Assembly (NCBI GenBank): GCA_042408215.1
Contig: JAYFMW010000017.1
Coordinates: 672,001 to 736,000 of the forward strand
DNA from: Microcoleus sp.
Lineage (GTDB): Bacteria > Cyanobacteriota > Cyanobacteriia > Cyanobacteriales > Microcoleaceae
Direction of reading: 5' to 3'
DNA length: 64,000 nt
Both the position numbers and the translations under genes were made by a program. Shown here piece after piece: positions 33,324 to 42,321 of this stretch (position 1 is its first letter; every line of letters starts with the position of its first letter). Below the pieces are notes generated by a model, which saw only the letters and a list, made by a program, of their open reading frames with translations, made no database searches and was not told where the DNA came from.

Positions 33324-34802
33324 TTAATGTTCCGCAGTCAAAAGCTGGAATTCCTCCGTATCAATGCGATTTGCTTGATACAAAATCTGAGCAATTTCCG
33401 AAAGCGCTAACACTGAATGAGCCCGATAACCATTCGCCTGCAATTTATCTTTTACACCCTGTTCGTGGTCAATCAATACCACAATATCCTCCACATTTAA
33501 CCCCGCAGATTTCAACTTAGCCGCCCCTTCCATCACACTCTTGCCGCTAATCAAAATATCATCGACTACCACAATAGTTTCTCCCGCCTGAAAATGCCCC
33601 TCAATTAACTTCCCCGCACCGTAAGTTTTCACTTCTTTGCGCGGAAAAATCATCGGGCGTTCCATCCGCAAAGCTAAACCGGTTGCTGTGGGTAAGGAAC
33701 CGTAGGGAATTCCCGCAATGCGATCGAATTTTAAGTCTTTGAGAATGTCTGCATAGGCGCTGACAATTTGGTGGAAAATTTGCGGAATTGAAATGATTTT
33801 TCGCAAATCAATGTAATATGGGAATACGGCTCCCGATGCTTGTACGTGGTCGCCAAAAACCACGCAGCCAATATCATAAAGTTGCAAGATTAAATCGCGG
33901 TGAGGTTCCGGTTGCAAAAAGCAAACATCCGGTAGCCACAATTCGCAAGTAGGACTACCTGCGATCGCCCGCAGTCGCTGTTCGTTGATATTATCCCGCA
34001 ATTTCTGAATTTCTAAGCGTGGATCTTTACGCGCTAATAAACAAGGGGGGATTGGTAGCAATAAACCCTCACCATTCTTGCTTAAACCAGCCGCTAGCAG
34101 CTCTGCCAGGTCGTTTTCTTCTGTCAAGTCATTTTCTTCTGCGATGTCTCCTTCGACTAAAATAAGGCGTTCGGGAGCAGATGAGCGGATGCGCGCTAAC
34201 ATATCCGGCATTACTCCTACTTCTAAACCTAGTTTTTCGGGAGTTCCCCAAGTCTGAGAGACTCGGACTAATTGCAAGTACAAAGGATTTTCTGGTGTTG
34301 GGTATTCTTGCAAAGCGGCGGCGGAGGGATTTGCAGTTGCACAGAGCACAAAAACTGTTTTTCCCGGATATAATAAAAATGGCGCTACTTGGTCGAATCC
34401 AGCATAGGGACTTAAGGTAACAGCGTCAACTTGCCAGTCTTCAAATACGGTTTTGGCAAATACCGTACTCGTGTTTACATCGCAGTGTTTGGTATCTAAA
34501 ATTACGGGAATCTGAGGAGGAATAATTGTTAAAATTTGTTGCAGCAGTTCCAGGCCGGGAATGCCGAGAGATTGGTAAAAACCGAGGGTGATTTTGCAAG
34601 CACAAATTAAATCGGCTGTTTGGTCGATCGCACATTTAGCCTTTACCAACAAATCCGTTACAAAACTTTGAGTTTCCTCCCCCGTCAGTGACAGCGAAGC
34701 GGGGAAACTTTCGGGGTCTGGGTCGAGGGCTAAATACAGCAAAGTTTGATTGCTTTCAATAGCAGCTAGCAGTTTATCAAAGAAATTTGTTGGATTAATC
34801 AT
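33324..34802 (-). CDS. Bifunctional OMP decarboxylase / orotate phosphoribosyltransferase (PyrF-PyrE)
   Basis: LDPD and ILDTKHCD in the N-domain; YYIDLR, RKEVK, VVVDDIL in the PRTase domain. Confidence 0.9.
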   Translation of the reverse strand: MINPTNFFDKLLAAIESNQTLLYLALDPDPESFPASLSLTGEETQSFVTDLLVKAKCAIDQTADLICACKITLGFYQSLGIPGLELLQQILTIIPPQIPVILDTKHCDVNTSTVFAKTVFEDWQVDAVTLSPYAGFDQVAPFLLYPGKTVFVLCATANPSAAALQEYPTPENPLYLQLVRVSQTWGTPEKLGLEVGVMPDMLARIRSSAPERLILVEGDIAEENDLTEENDLAELLAAGLSKNGEGLLLPIPPCLLARKDPRLEIQKLRDNINEQRLRAIAGSPTCELWLPDVCFLQPEPHRDLILQLYDIGCVVFGDHVQASGAVFPYYIDLRKIISIPQIFHQIVSAYADILKDLKFDRIAGIPYGSLPTATGLALRMERPMIFPRKEVKTYGAGKLIEGHFQAGETIVVVDDILISGKSVMEGAAKLKSAGLNVEDIVVLIDHEQGVKDKLQANGYRAHSVLALSEIAQILYQANRIDTEEFQLLTAEH

Positions 34803-35055
34803 GGGTATTGGGGGATGGTATAGCTGAAGGAAGAGGGAAGAAGGAAGAGGGAAGAAGGAAGAAGGAAAGTCCTAATATCATAAGTTGGGGTGCTGCCACA
34901 AATTGCTATAATTGCAAAATCCCAACCAGAACCAGGACTTCTTTATTCTTAACATAGTTGGCGCGCTCAAATTGGGATAGGAGTTTTACCCAAAGAGACC
35001 GATCGCTGTGGAAGTTTAAATTGAGAATATTTTAAAATTGTAGAAGGTAAACACC

Positions 35056-35445
35056 ATGAAATCTATAATTTTGGGTTCAGTTTCATTCGGACTGATTTTG
35101 GGGTTGGCGGCAGGGGTGATTGCGGCTAATCCGCAACAAGTTAACGAGTTGCGACAAACTAACCAGTGTCGGGGATGCGATTTGAGAAGCATTCCCCTAC
35201 CTCGCGCAAGTTTAGCAAATGCTAATTTACAAGGGGCTGATTTGAGGGGTGCAAATCTCAGAGAAGCGAATTTGGCTGGGGCCAATTTGAGCGGGGCTTC
35301 TCTTGGTGGGGCTTCTTTGCGGCAGGCTAATTTACAAGGTGCGGATTTGACTAAGGCTAATTTAATGGGGGCAGATTTGACGGGGGCTAATTTGGACAAT
35401 GCTAATCTGAAAGATGCGACTTGGGTTGATGGTACTATTAAATAA
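35056..35445 (+). CDS. Secreted pentapeptide repeat protein
   Basis: Signal peptide, CRGCDL, A(N/D)LxG repeats. Confidence 0.92.
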   Translation: MKSIILGSVSFGLILGLAAGVIAANPQQVNELRQTNQCRGCDLRSIPLPRASLANANLQGADLRGANLREANLAGANLSGASLGGASLRQANLQGADLTKANLMGADLTGANLDNANLKDATWVDGTIK

Positions 35446-35548
35446 ATAGAAGCTAATTGGCAAAGTCGCGGACGGGCTAGAAGCCCATCCCACAAGAGTT
35501 TTAATAGATTTCACAATGCAAACTAAATGTTGTTTAGCTTAGCAATGA

Positions 35549-36280
35549 ATGATAAATACGATCGCCTTTAAGACTTGGGACAATTTGCTACACACCTATG
35601 TTGACGATTTTGGCCGCGTGAATTATTTGCGCTGGAAAGCAGAGTCGGCGGATGTTTTGAGACAATGGCTGGAAAGTTTGGCGGATGTGGATTTGGCGGC
35701 TTTGACGGATGCGGATGAGCGGCTGGCTTTGTGGCTGAATGCGTATAATGCGATCGCCATTGCTCAAGTTCTTGAAGTATATCCGATCGCGTCAATTCGT
35801 CCAAAAGTTTTGGGAATTCCCAACTGGCTAAGCTTTTTGGATTTCTTCACCCGTTCAACTTCGACAATTGCGGGGAAAAAGTACAGTCTCAATCAAATCG
35901 AACACGGGATTTTGCGCCGGGAATTTGGGGAACCTCGCATCCATTTTGCCTTAGTTTGCGCTTCTGTGGGATGTCCGATGTTGCGTCGCGGGGCTTATTT
36001 CCCGGAGTCAGTGCGAACTCAACTGGAAACAGACGCGAAGGGTTTTATTCACAATCCCGACAAGGTGCGGTACGATGCTGGGAAGAAGACGCTTTATTTG
36101 AGTAAGATTTTTGATTGGTACGGTCAGGATTTTGTGAAGGCGGCGGGCTCTGTGGTTGGGTATGTGGGCGGTTATTTGGGGCCGGATGTGGCTGTGGATG
36201 ATGAATGGGCGATCGTTTTTTTGCTCTATGATTGGAATTTAAATTCAAACTCTCAAAACTTGAACGATTTCCAAATCTGA
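35549..36280 (+). CDS. DUF547 domain protein
   Basis: WLNAYN, EPRIHFALVCASVGCP, SKIFDWY, YDWNLN. Confidence 0.9.
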   Translation: MINTIAFKTWDNLLHTYVDDFGRVNYLRWKAESADVLRQWLESLADVDLAALTDADERLALWLNAYNAIAIAQVLEVYPIASIRPKVLGIPNWLSFLDFFTRSTSTIAGKKYSLNQIEHGILRREFGEPRIHFALVCASVGCPMLRRGAYFPESVRTQLETDAKGFIHNPDKVRYDAGKKTLYLSKIFDWYGQDFVKAAGSVVGYVGGYLGPDVAVDDEWAIVFLLYDWNLNSNSQNLNDFQI

Positions 36281-36316
36281 CGGCGATCGTTTTTTGGCCC
36301 TATGATTGGAATTTAA
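36208..36316 (+). repeat. 37-nt direct duplication with a 37-nt insert (second copy split by the IscB element)
   Basis: 36208-36244 versus 36282-36316 plus 37904-37905; 35/37 identical. Confidence 0.85.
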
Positions 36317-36555
36317 GTCAACCACCCACCACTAATCGGAGTACCAATCTAGTGGGGGCTTAAAAAAGCCAAGTTGACCAGTCTAAGTGGTTCGCCCACT
36401 ACGTTTAAGGTCAGCGTTAAAGACCTACCAGAAAATGCGTGCTAGTTTTCTGCTCTAGAAATTAAAAGTTAAACAGGTGTAAGGGTTAAGCCAGTGCTTT
36501 TAATATAGTTACCGACCTTAAACATTGACGAAGCAAACATTACCCCGTAAGGGAG
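36317..36555 (+). ncRNA. Predicted omegaRNA scaffold of IscB
   Basis: About 240-nt structured non-coding region between element end and iscB (GTCAAC...GTTGAC pairing, internal hairpins); boundaries approximate. Confidence 0.75.
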
Positions 36556-36562
36556 GACTTAA

Positions 36563-37831
36563 ATGTCTAATTTTGTTTTTGTACTTGATACCCACAAACG
36601 ACCGCTCAATCCAATCCGACCGGGATTGGCTCGTAAGTTGTTAAACAATGGCAAAGCTGCTGTTTTCAAAAGGTATCCATTCACACTAATTCTGAAAGTA
36701 GAGGTGACAGCAACCCAAAAATCCACTCTTAAAATAGACCCAGGCTCTAAGACTACGGGAATCGCATTAGTGCAAGGAGAGGACGTAATTTTTGGTGCAG
36801 AATTAACTCACCGAGGTCAAACAATTAAAGCCAGTTTGGAGTCTCGCCGTTCATTGCGTAGAGGCAGGAGAAATCGTCACACTCGTTATCGTCAAGCGAG
36901 GTTTTTCAATCGCACCCGACAAAAGGGTTGGTTAGCACCATCCTTACAACATCGAGTAGAAACAACCCTAACTTGGGTTAACAAATTTATCCGACTCGCA
37001 CCCATTGGTTCAATTGTTCAAGAATTAGTAAGATTTGACTTACAACAACTAGAAAATCCCGAAATCTCAGGCGTTGAATATCAGCAAGGAGAATTAGCTG
37101 GCTACGAAGTTCGGGAATATCTATTGAACAAATGGGACAGGAAATGCGCTTATTGCGGTGTTGAAAATGTACCTTTGCAAATTGAACATATTCATCCCAA
37201 AGCTAAAGGTGGCAGCGATCGCATTTCTAACCTTTGCCTTGCTTGCGAAAATTGTAATACTCGGAAAGGGACTCAAAGTATTGAGCAATTTCTATCTAAA
37301 AAGCCAGAGATTTTGAAGCGGATTCTATCTCAAGCTCATCGTCCGTTAAAAGATGCAGCAGCAGTTAATTCAACTCGTTGGGCATTATTTAATCGACTCC
37401 GCATGACTGGCTTACCAGTTTCTACTGGTAGTGGTGGTCTAACAAAGTTCAACCGCACTCGATTGAATTTAGCTAAAACCCACTGGTTAGATGCAGCTTG
37501 TGTTGGACAAGTTAAATCTTTGGAAGTTCTAACCCGTAAACCTTTATTAATTAAAGCGACTGGACATGGGACTCGTCAAATGTGCCGCACTGACAAGTTT
37601 GGATTTCCATCTCGCTATGTTCCCCGGCTGAAATTTGTTAAAGGTTTTCAAACAGGCGATATTGTTAAAGCTGTTGTTACCTCGGGCAAGAAAATTGGTA
37701 AATACGTTGGACGTGTTGCCGTAAGAACGAGTGGTTCATTCAATATTTCCGCATCCGAATTGGTATCGGGAATTAGTCACAAATATTGTTCAGTTGTTCA
37801 CCGAAAGGATGGTTATTCGTATGCAGCATAA
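36563..37831 (+). CDS. iscB: RNA-guided endonuclease IscB
   Basis: PLMP-like RPLNP, RuvC-I IDPGS, Arg-rich helix RRSLRRGRR, RuvC-II QELVRFD, HNH (CAYC...EHIHP...NL...CENCN), RuvC-III HWLDAA. Confidence 0.95.
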   Translation: MSNFVFVLDTHKRPLNPIRPGLARKLLNNGKAAVFKRYPFTLILKVEVTATQKSTLKIDPGSKTTGIALVQGEDVIFGAELTHRGQTIKASLESRRSLRRGRRNRHTRYRQARFFNRTRQKGWLAPSLQHRVETTLTWVNKFIRLAPIGSIVQELVRFDLQQLENPEISGVEYQQGELAGYEVREYLLNKWDRKCAYCGVENVPLQIEHIHPKAKGGSDRISNLCLACENCNTRKGTQSIEQFLSKKPEILKRILSQAHRPLKDAAAVNSTRWALFNRLRMTGLPVSTGSGGLTKFNRTRLNLAKTHWLDAACVGQVKSLEVLTRKPLLIKATGHGTRQMCRTDKFGFPSRYVPRLKFVKGFQTGDIVKAVVTSGKKIGKYVGRVAVRTSGSFNISASELVSGISHKYCSVVHRKDGYSYAA

Positions 37832-37940
37832 TCCTTGCCTCCCTTTTCCTCTCGCCACTGACCAGGGTACAGGTACAGTGGGAGTCTCCAAGGGGGAAGA
37901 CAGATGAAACAAAAAGCCACTTTCAAGTCGGGATATTTGG

Positions 37941-38047
37941 CCGCATCGCCCAAGTTGCAATTACCAGAAAACCCTATGTTTAATCTGCGAATCCGCGCAC
38001 TTCAGCCCGGCCACATCGCCCAAGTTGCAATTACCAGAAAACCCTAT
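37941..38047 (+). CRISPR. Two out-of-register 37-nt repeats with spacer-like inserts
   Basis: CC(G/A)CATCGCCCAA plus GTTGCAATTACCAGAAAACCCTAT at 37941-37977 and 38011-38047; unique 33- and 35-nt inserts follow. Confidence 0.75.
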
Positions 38048-38095
38048 TCAGAATCTTGTAGACTGCGAAATATCGCACTAGCCCCCATCGCCCAA

Positions 38096-38317
38096 GTTGC
38101 AATTCCCAGAAAACCCTATTAGGGATTGAAACGAATCTTTGCAGAATAGGTAAATAAACTATGGGTTGCAATTCCCAGAAAACCCTATTAGGGATTGAAA
38201 CGAATCTTTGCAGAATAGGTAAATAAACTATGGGTTGCAATTCCCAGAAAACCCTATTAGGGATTGAAACTGGGTAAGCCGATAATCGCGATCTCGTTGC
38301 TCTTTCTGTTGCAATTA
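38096..38317 (+). CRISPR. Orphan CRISPR array with type I-D-like 37-nt repeat
   Basis: GTTGCAATTCCCAGAAAACCCTATTAGGGATTGAAAC at 38096, 38165 and 38234; partial repeat 38308-38317; spacers 32, 32 (identical) and 37 nt; no cas genes in window. Confidence 0.93.
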
Positions 38318-38920
38318 TAGCAACCGCCAAGGCGGTTATGGCGTAAACTGAGAATAATCTTCTTTGTTGCGGGACGATCGCACGTCATGGCCCAACCATA
38401 CAGCTACCACCTACGTCAGAAAGTCATTCAAGCTATCCAACTAGATGGCTTAAAGATTATGGAAGCGAGTATATTGTTCGACATCAGTCGCAACACGATC
38501 GGGCTATGGCTGAAGCGACAAGCCCAAACAGGGGACTTTCTAGCATTGCTTGGGCGCGCCCCCGGTAATGGTCATAAAATTACCGATTGGGAAAAATTCC
38601 GCGAGTTGGCCTCAGATCGTGGGGAGAAAACCCAGGTGGAGATGGCGAAACTTTGGGATGGACAAATTAGCTCACGCACAATCTCACGAGCCTTAAAGAA
38701 AATAGGTTTTATATCAAATCCGGTAGCATCGGAATTATTCATCTCTCTCTTCTCTCCCTCTGCGCCCTCTGCGCCCTCTGCGGTTAAATCATTCCGATGC
38801 AACCGGAAACGATATTACTCGAAAAAAAAGACTTCTGGCTACCGCGAGCGGGATGAAGCCAAGCGCCAAGCTTTCATAGCCGAGTTGTCCACCATACTCC
38901 GAGACAAAATTGTTGATATT
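38318..38920 (+). mobile_element. Truncated IS630-family element containing a MITE
   Basis: TA then TAGCAACCGCC end; OrfA HTH, A8 slippery run, start of OrfB (GYRERDEAKRQAF); DDE domain missing; right limit approximate. Confidence 0.85.
38712..38814. mobile_element. 103-bp MITE with TTA target duplication
   Basis: TTA at 38709-38711 and 38815-38817; inverted copy of 1035-1137. Confidence 0.8.
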
Positions 38921-39199
38921 TACCACCATACTCCCCAGATTTCAACTTGCATTGAACAATGCTAGTCTTGGCCCAAAAGCAGCGCTGAGCGGAGCCGAAG
39001 CGTCGAATTCGTAAACTCAAGCATCAGTTTGATTCTTGGCGAGATGCGATCGAGGATGTCTTGCGCCTTCCGTCCTAACACGGGCGGTTGCTAGATCTGT
39101 AGGGTGCGCCGAGGCGCACCTTAGACCCACAAATACTCTAAAAATTGATCCCTTACCTAAGTGCTATAAGAGTTCGATCGAAGAGAATCGACTAAACAA

Positions 39200-40186
39200 T
39201 CAAGCAGGCGTACTCAGAATCACCCACTGCATTAACTCTTGCCACTCAGGAGACTTAGCTAATAAATCCGCATCCAATTCATGGCCCGCATCCAGCCAAA
39301 ATTCAGCAAAACAGTCAGCCCAATTAATGACTGTTTCCACAGGCAAATAAGGCGTATAATTCCAAGAACGCTGCAAAAATTGTACCATCTCCACGGGATG
39401 ACCAGTGCGGTGCAAATACCAAGCAATCCAAACTAACGTACTGTACTTAATTTGCTTTTCCAACAAACGTATTTTATCCGGCAATTCGGGGCGGTAAAAA
39501 AAATTGTCCATTACCGCCGCCAAGGATTTAGCCTGCGGCAAACCTTTGTACATCGCACTTTGTTCGTGCTGGCGGTAGCAAACTGTGACTTGGCGCAGCC
39601 AATCTGTTTCGCATCCCATTAAAGCCAAACGCAGCACTAAATCTGTATCTTCCGCTGGTGGAAATCGAGGATCGAAACCGCCGGCGCGCTCTAACCAATG
39701 GCGGCGAAACATCATGGCGCTTGGTAATACTGGTTTCCACCTCAGCCACATTTCTAAGTCTAATTTAGGCACGTTTTGCCAGGGTTTCACATCTTGAAGC
39801 GCTTCGCCTTTACTGTTAACTAGACACCAGCCGCTGTGGACAATTCCTAAATTTGGTTGCGCTGCAAATACAGCAATTTGTGCTGCTAATTTGTCGGGAA
39901 AAAAGAAGTCATCTGCATCGAGAAAGGCGATGAATTCTCCTCGCGCTAACTCGATGCCGCGATTTCTGGCCAGAGAAACGCCTTGATTTTGTTGGTAAAT
40001 GTAGCGAACCCGATCGCCATAATTCTCTAAAACTAATCTAGTGTCATCTTGGGAACCGTCGTCTACTACAATAATTTCCCAGTTAGCGCTTGTTTGGTTC
40101 AAAACGCTATCTATTGCTTGACCGATGTAAGCAGCGCAATTGTAAGCCGGAATTACTACGCTCACCTGCGGGGTGCGATCGTTCAT
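39200..40186 (-). CDS. Glycosyltransferase family 2
   Basis: VSVVIPAYN, VVDDGS, FLDADD, ED motif. Confidence 0.92.
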   Translation of the reverse strand: MNDRTPQVSVVIPAYNCAAYIGQAIDSVLNQTSANWEIIVVDDGSQDDTRLVLENYGDRVRYIYQQNQGVSLARNRGIELARGEFIAFLDADDFFFPDKLAAQIAVFAAQPNLGIVHSGWCLVNSKGEALQDVKPWQNVPKLDLEMWLRWKPVLPSAMMFRRHWLERAGGFDPRFPPAEDTDLVLRLALMGCETDWLRQVTVCYRQHEQSAMYKGLPQAKSLAAVMDNFFYRPELPDKIRLLEKQIKYSTLVWIAWYLHRTGHPVEMVQFLQRSWNYTPYLPVETVINWADCFAEFWLDAGHELDADLLAKSPEWQELMQWVILSTPA

Positions 40187-40306
40187 AATTAATATCAAGT
40201 TCGATTTATTTGTTAAATCCGGTTGCGTCTTTATTGTACAATAGTTTTAGGGTGCGTCAGTCCATGCCGCACCCTAATCGGGGTTCTTTTGTTCATGAAT
40301 TTCGGT

Positions 40307-41521
40307 TCAAAAATTTGCCAAACTAAGTCGGTGCGAATTCAGTAAATTATCCTGGCGTATTGCTAAAGGGTGGCGATCGCCTTTTGGCTTCAAATACTTG
40401 TCAACTACTTGCAAAACTTGTTCAGGCCCGGAGGACTTGCTCAAAAAATCAGAAGCACCTGTAAATTTCCCTCGCGTGCGATCGAGTATACTATCCCGAT
40501 CGCTCAAAAACACGATCGGAGTTTCCCGAAAAGCCTCTGTTTTCCGCAAAAAACTGCACAAAGCAAAGCCACTTATTTTAGGCATCAGCAAGTCCATAAT
40601 AATCAAAGCAGGGTTGTGTTTGGCGAGGAGGCTCACTCCCTCCATCGGATCTTGAATTTTCAGAACTCGATACCCACCCGATAGTAAAATTTGTTCTAAA
40701 ATTGCGCAGACTGTGGGACTATCATCGATACAGGCAATTAAAGGGCGGCCTGGTTGAGCAATCGCCGCAGCCCAACGCCACTGTTCGATGGGGGATGGCA
40801 AATCTGGTACTGTTCGGAAATTGACTAAACCCTGCTGGATGTAGTTCTGCAAAGCGCGCGTTGTCACCGTCACACACTGCTTTTTCTGAAATGCAATATC
40901 CCAAAGAGTATTTTCACCGTTGAACACCCTAGCCAGAGTCAGCAAAGAATCAGAACTAAATCGATTTTGCGCCAACTCTGGCGATAAATTTAACAGTGGT
41001 GCTTGTTCAGGCTCTATCATCCACAAACCCATTGCTGTCCACTTCTGCCACATTTGTTCTGTAGAATACAGAATTTTCTCCACTTCTGTTAACGACAGCA
41101 ACAAAGAAGGGATAATCTTAGAAACATATTTTTTTGAAGAACGCCACTCCCGACGCAAACCTGATTGACCGATCAGAGAAAAGAACACTTCGCAAACGCT
41201 GGTTTGGACGATCGCCTTAGCTTGTTGCAGGCTCATTTCGCTGTCAGCGATCCCTTTCTGAAGCAGTTGATACTCCCAGAGTTCCCCAGCCTCAAAATCT
41301 CTGAGATCCACTTGAAAGTTCCGACAGTGTTGCCCGATCGCTCTGTACCAGCGTTTCGATCTGTGCCATCCTCCTGTAGCATACACCAGATCGCCCCGAT
41401 AAAAGTAAAGTTGCCACTGTTGCTCCCCTTGCTCTAACAGCAATTTTCCCGTTGCTTTTTTTTGGTTCAGCACTCCCAAAGTATGGGACAACATTTTGTA
41501 CCCGATTGCGGTAGCAGACAT
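40307..41521 (-). CDS. PatA-type response regulator (PATAN domain plus receiver)
   Basis: N-terminal TGKL...WQLYF...YATGG; C-terminal ACIDDS, MDLLMP. Confidence 0.85.
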   Translation of the reverse strand: MSATAIGYKMLSHTLGVLNQKKATGKLLLEQGEQQWQLYFYRGDLVYATGGWHRSKRWYRAIGQHCRNFQVDLRDFEAGELWEYQLLQKGIADSEMSLQQAKAIVQTSVCEVFFSLIGQSGLRREWRSSKKYVSKIIPSLLLSLTEVEKILYSTEQMWQKWTAMGLWMIEPEQAPLLNLSPELAQNRFSSDSLLTLARVFNGENTLWDIAFQKKQCVTVTTRALQNYIQQGLVNFRTVPDLPSPIEQWRWAAAIAQPGRPLIACIDDSPTVCAILEQILLSGGYRVLKIQDPMEGVSLLAKHNPALIIMDLLMPKISGFALCSFLRKTEAFRETPIVFLSDRDSILDRTRGKFTGASDFLSKSSGPEQVLQVVDKYLKPKGDRHPLAIRQDNLLNSHRLSLANF

Positions 41522-41852
41522 ATTCACTCGCATCCCCTGTACTCTGTTTATAACATTTTACAACTGCCGAGGTGTCGGGGCCAACAGTAATATTACTGAA
41601 TTTTACCAATTAAAAATAATCAATCCTGGGAGTTTAACCCATCAGGTAGTGGTTCCCCTCCGGGGTTTTATACTTCAGGATACAAGACCTATTTCTACTA
41701 TTAGCTAATCATTAAAAGCTGGCTTTTGACTAATAATATCAAGTCCGGTTAATTGCTGATAAATCCTGTACGGGCCGAAAAGCATTGGGCCGAAAAGCAT
41801 ACCTCACTTTCTTGAGAACCGCTATATGTTTATTTGTACCACTTACTTAATG

Positions 41853-42085
41853 ACTATGACTACTGACTACTGACTACTGACTACTGACTACTGACTACTG
41901 ACTACTGACTACTGACTACTGACTAATGACCAATGACTAATGACCAATGACTACTGACTACTGACTAATGACTACTGACTACTGACTAATGACCAATGAC
42001 TACTGACTAATGACCAATGACTAATGACCAATGACTACTGACTACTGACTAATGACTACTGACTAATGACTACTGACTACTGACT
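41853..42085. repeat. STRR heptamer tract (TGACTAC/TGACTAA/TGACCAA)
   Basis: About 33 tandem 7-mers; overlaps the yidD stop. Confidence 0.95.
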
Positions 42086-42319
42086 ATTGCTATCTTTGGG
42101 AGGGACGGGATCGTAACCCCCTGGATGCAAAGGTTGACAGCGCAAAATCCGCTTAATTGCCAGGGCCCCACCGCGCGCCACTCCAAATCTTTCTATTGCT
42201 TCGACAGCATATTGGGAACAAGTTGGGTGAAATCTACAGGCGTTAGGTAAGTAAGGAGAAATAACAACTTTGTAGCCTCGTATTAGCCCAATTAACAATG
42301 TTTTCACAGCGATGACCAT
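42077..42319 (-). CDS. yidD: Membrane protein insertion efficiency factor
   Basis: [24 protein letters not shown]. Confidence 0.93.
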   Translation of the reverse strand: MVIAVKTLLIGLIRGYKVVISPYLPNACRFHPTCSQYAVEAIERFGVARGGALAIKRILRCQPLHPGGYDPVPPKDSNSQ

Positions 42320-42321
42320 AA

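Larger units (their letters stand above)
36317..37903 (+). mobile_element. IscB-encoding IS200/IS605-superfamily (OMEGA) element, no tnpA
   Basis: Starts GTCAACCACCC hairpin; ends with a hairpin then AG followed by ATGA; joining the flanks restores the 37-nt duplicate. Confidence 0.85.

Noticed and set aside
36563..38317. Calling IscB plus array a type II Cas9 system
   Set aside because: The protein is a 422-aa IscB with its own omegaRNA and IS ends; the repeat is I-D-like; no anti-repeat or cas1/cas2 was seen
37786..38330. Short ORFs over the array region
   Set aside because: They translate CRISPR repeats and the IS end
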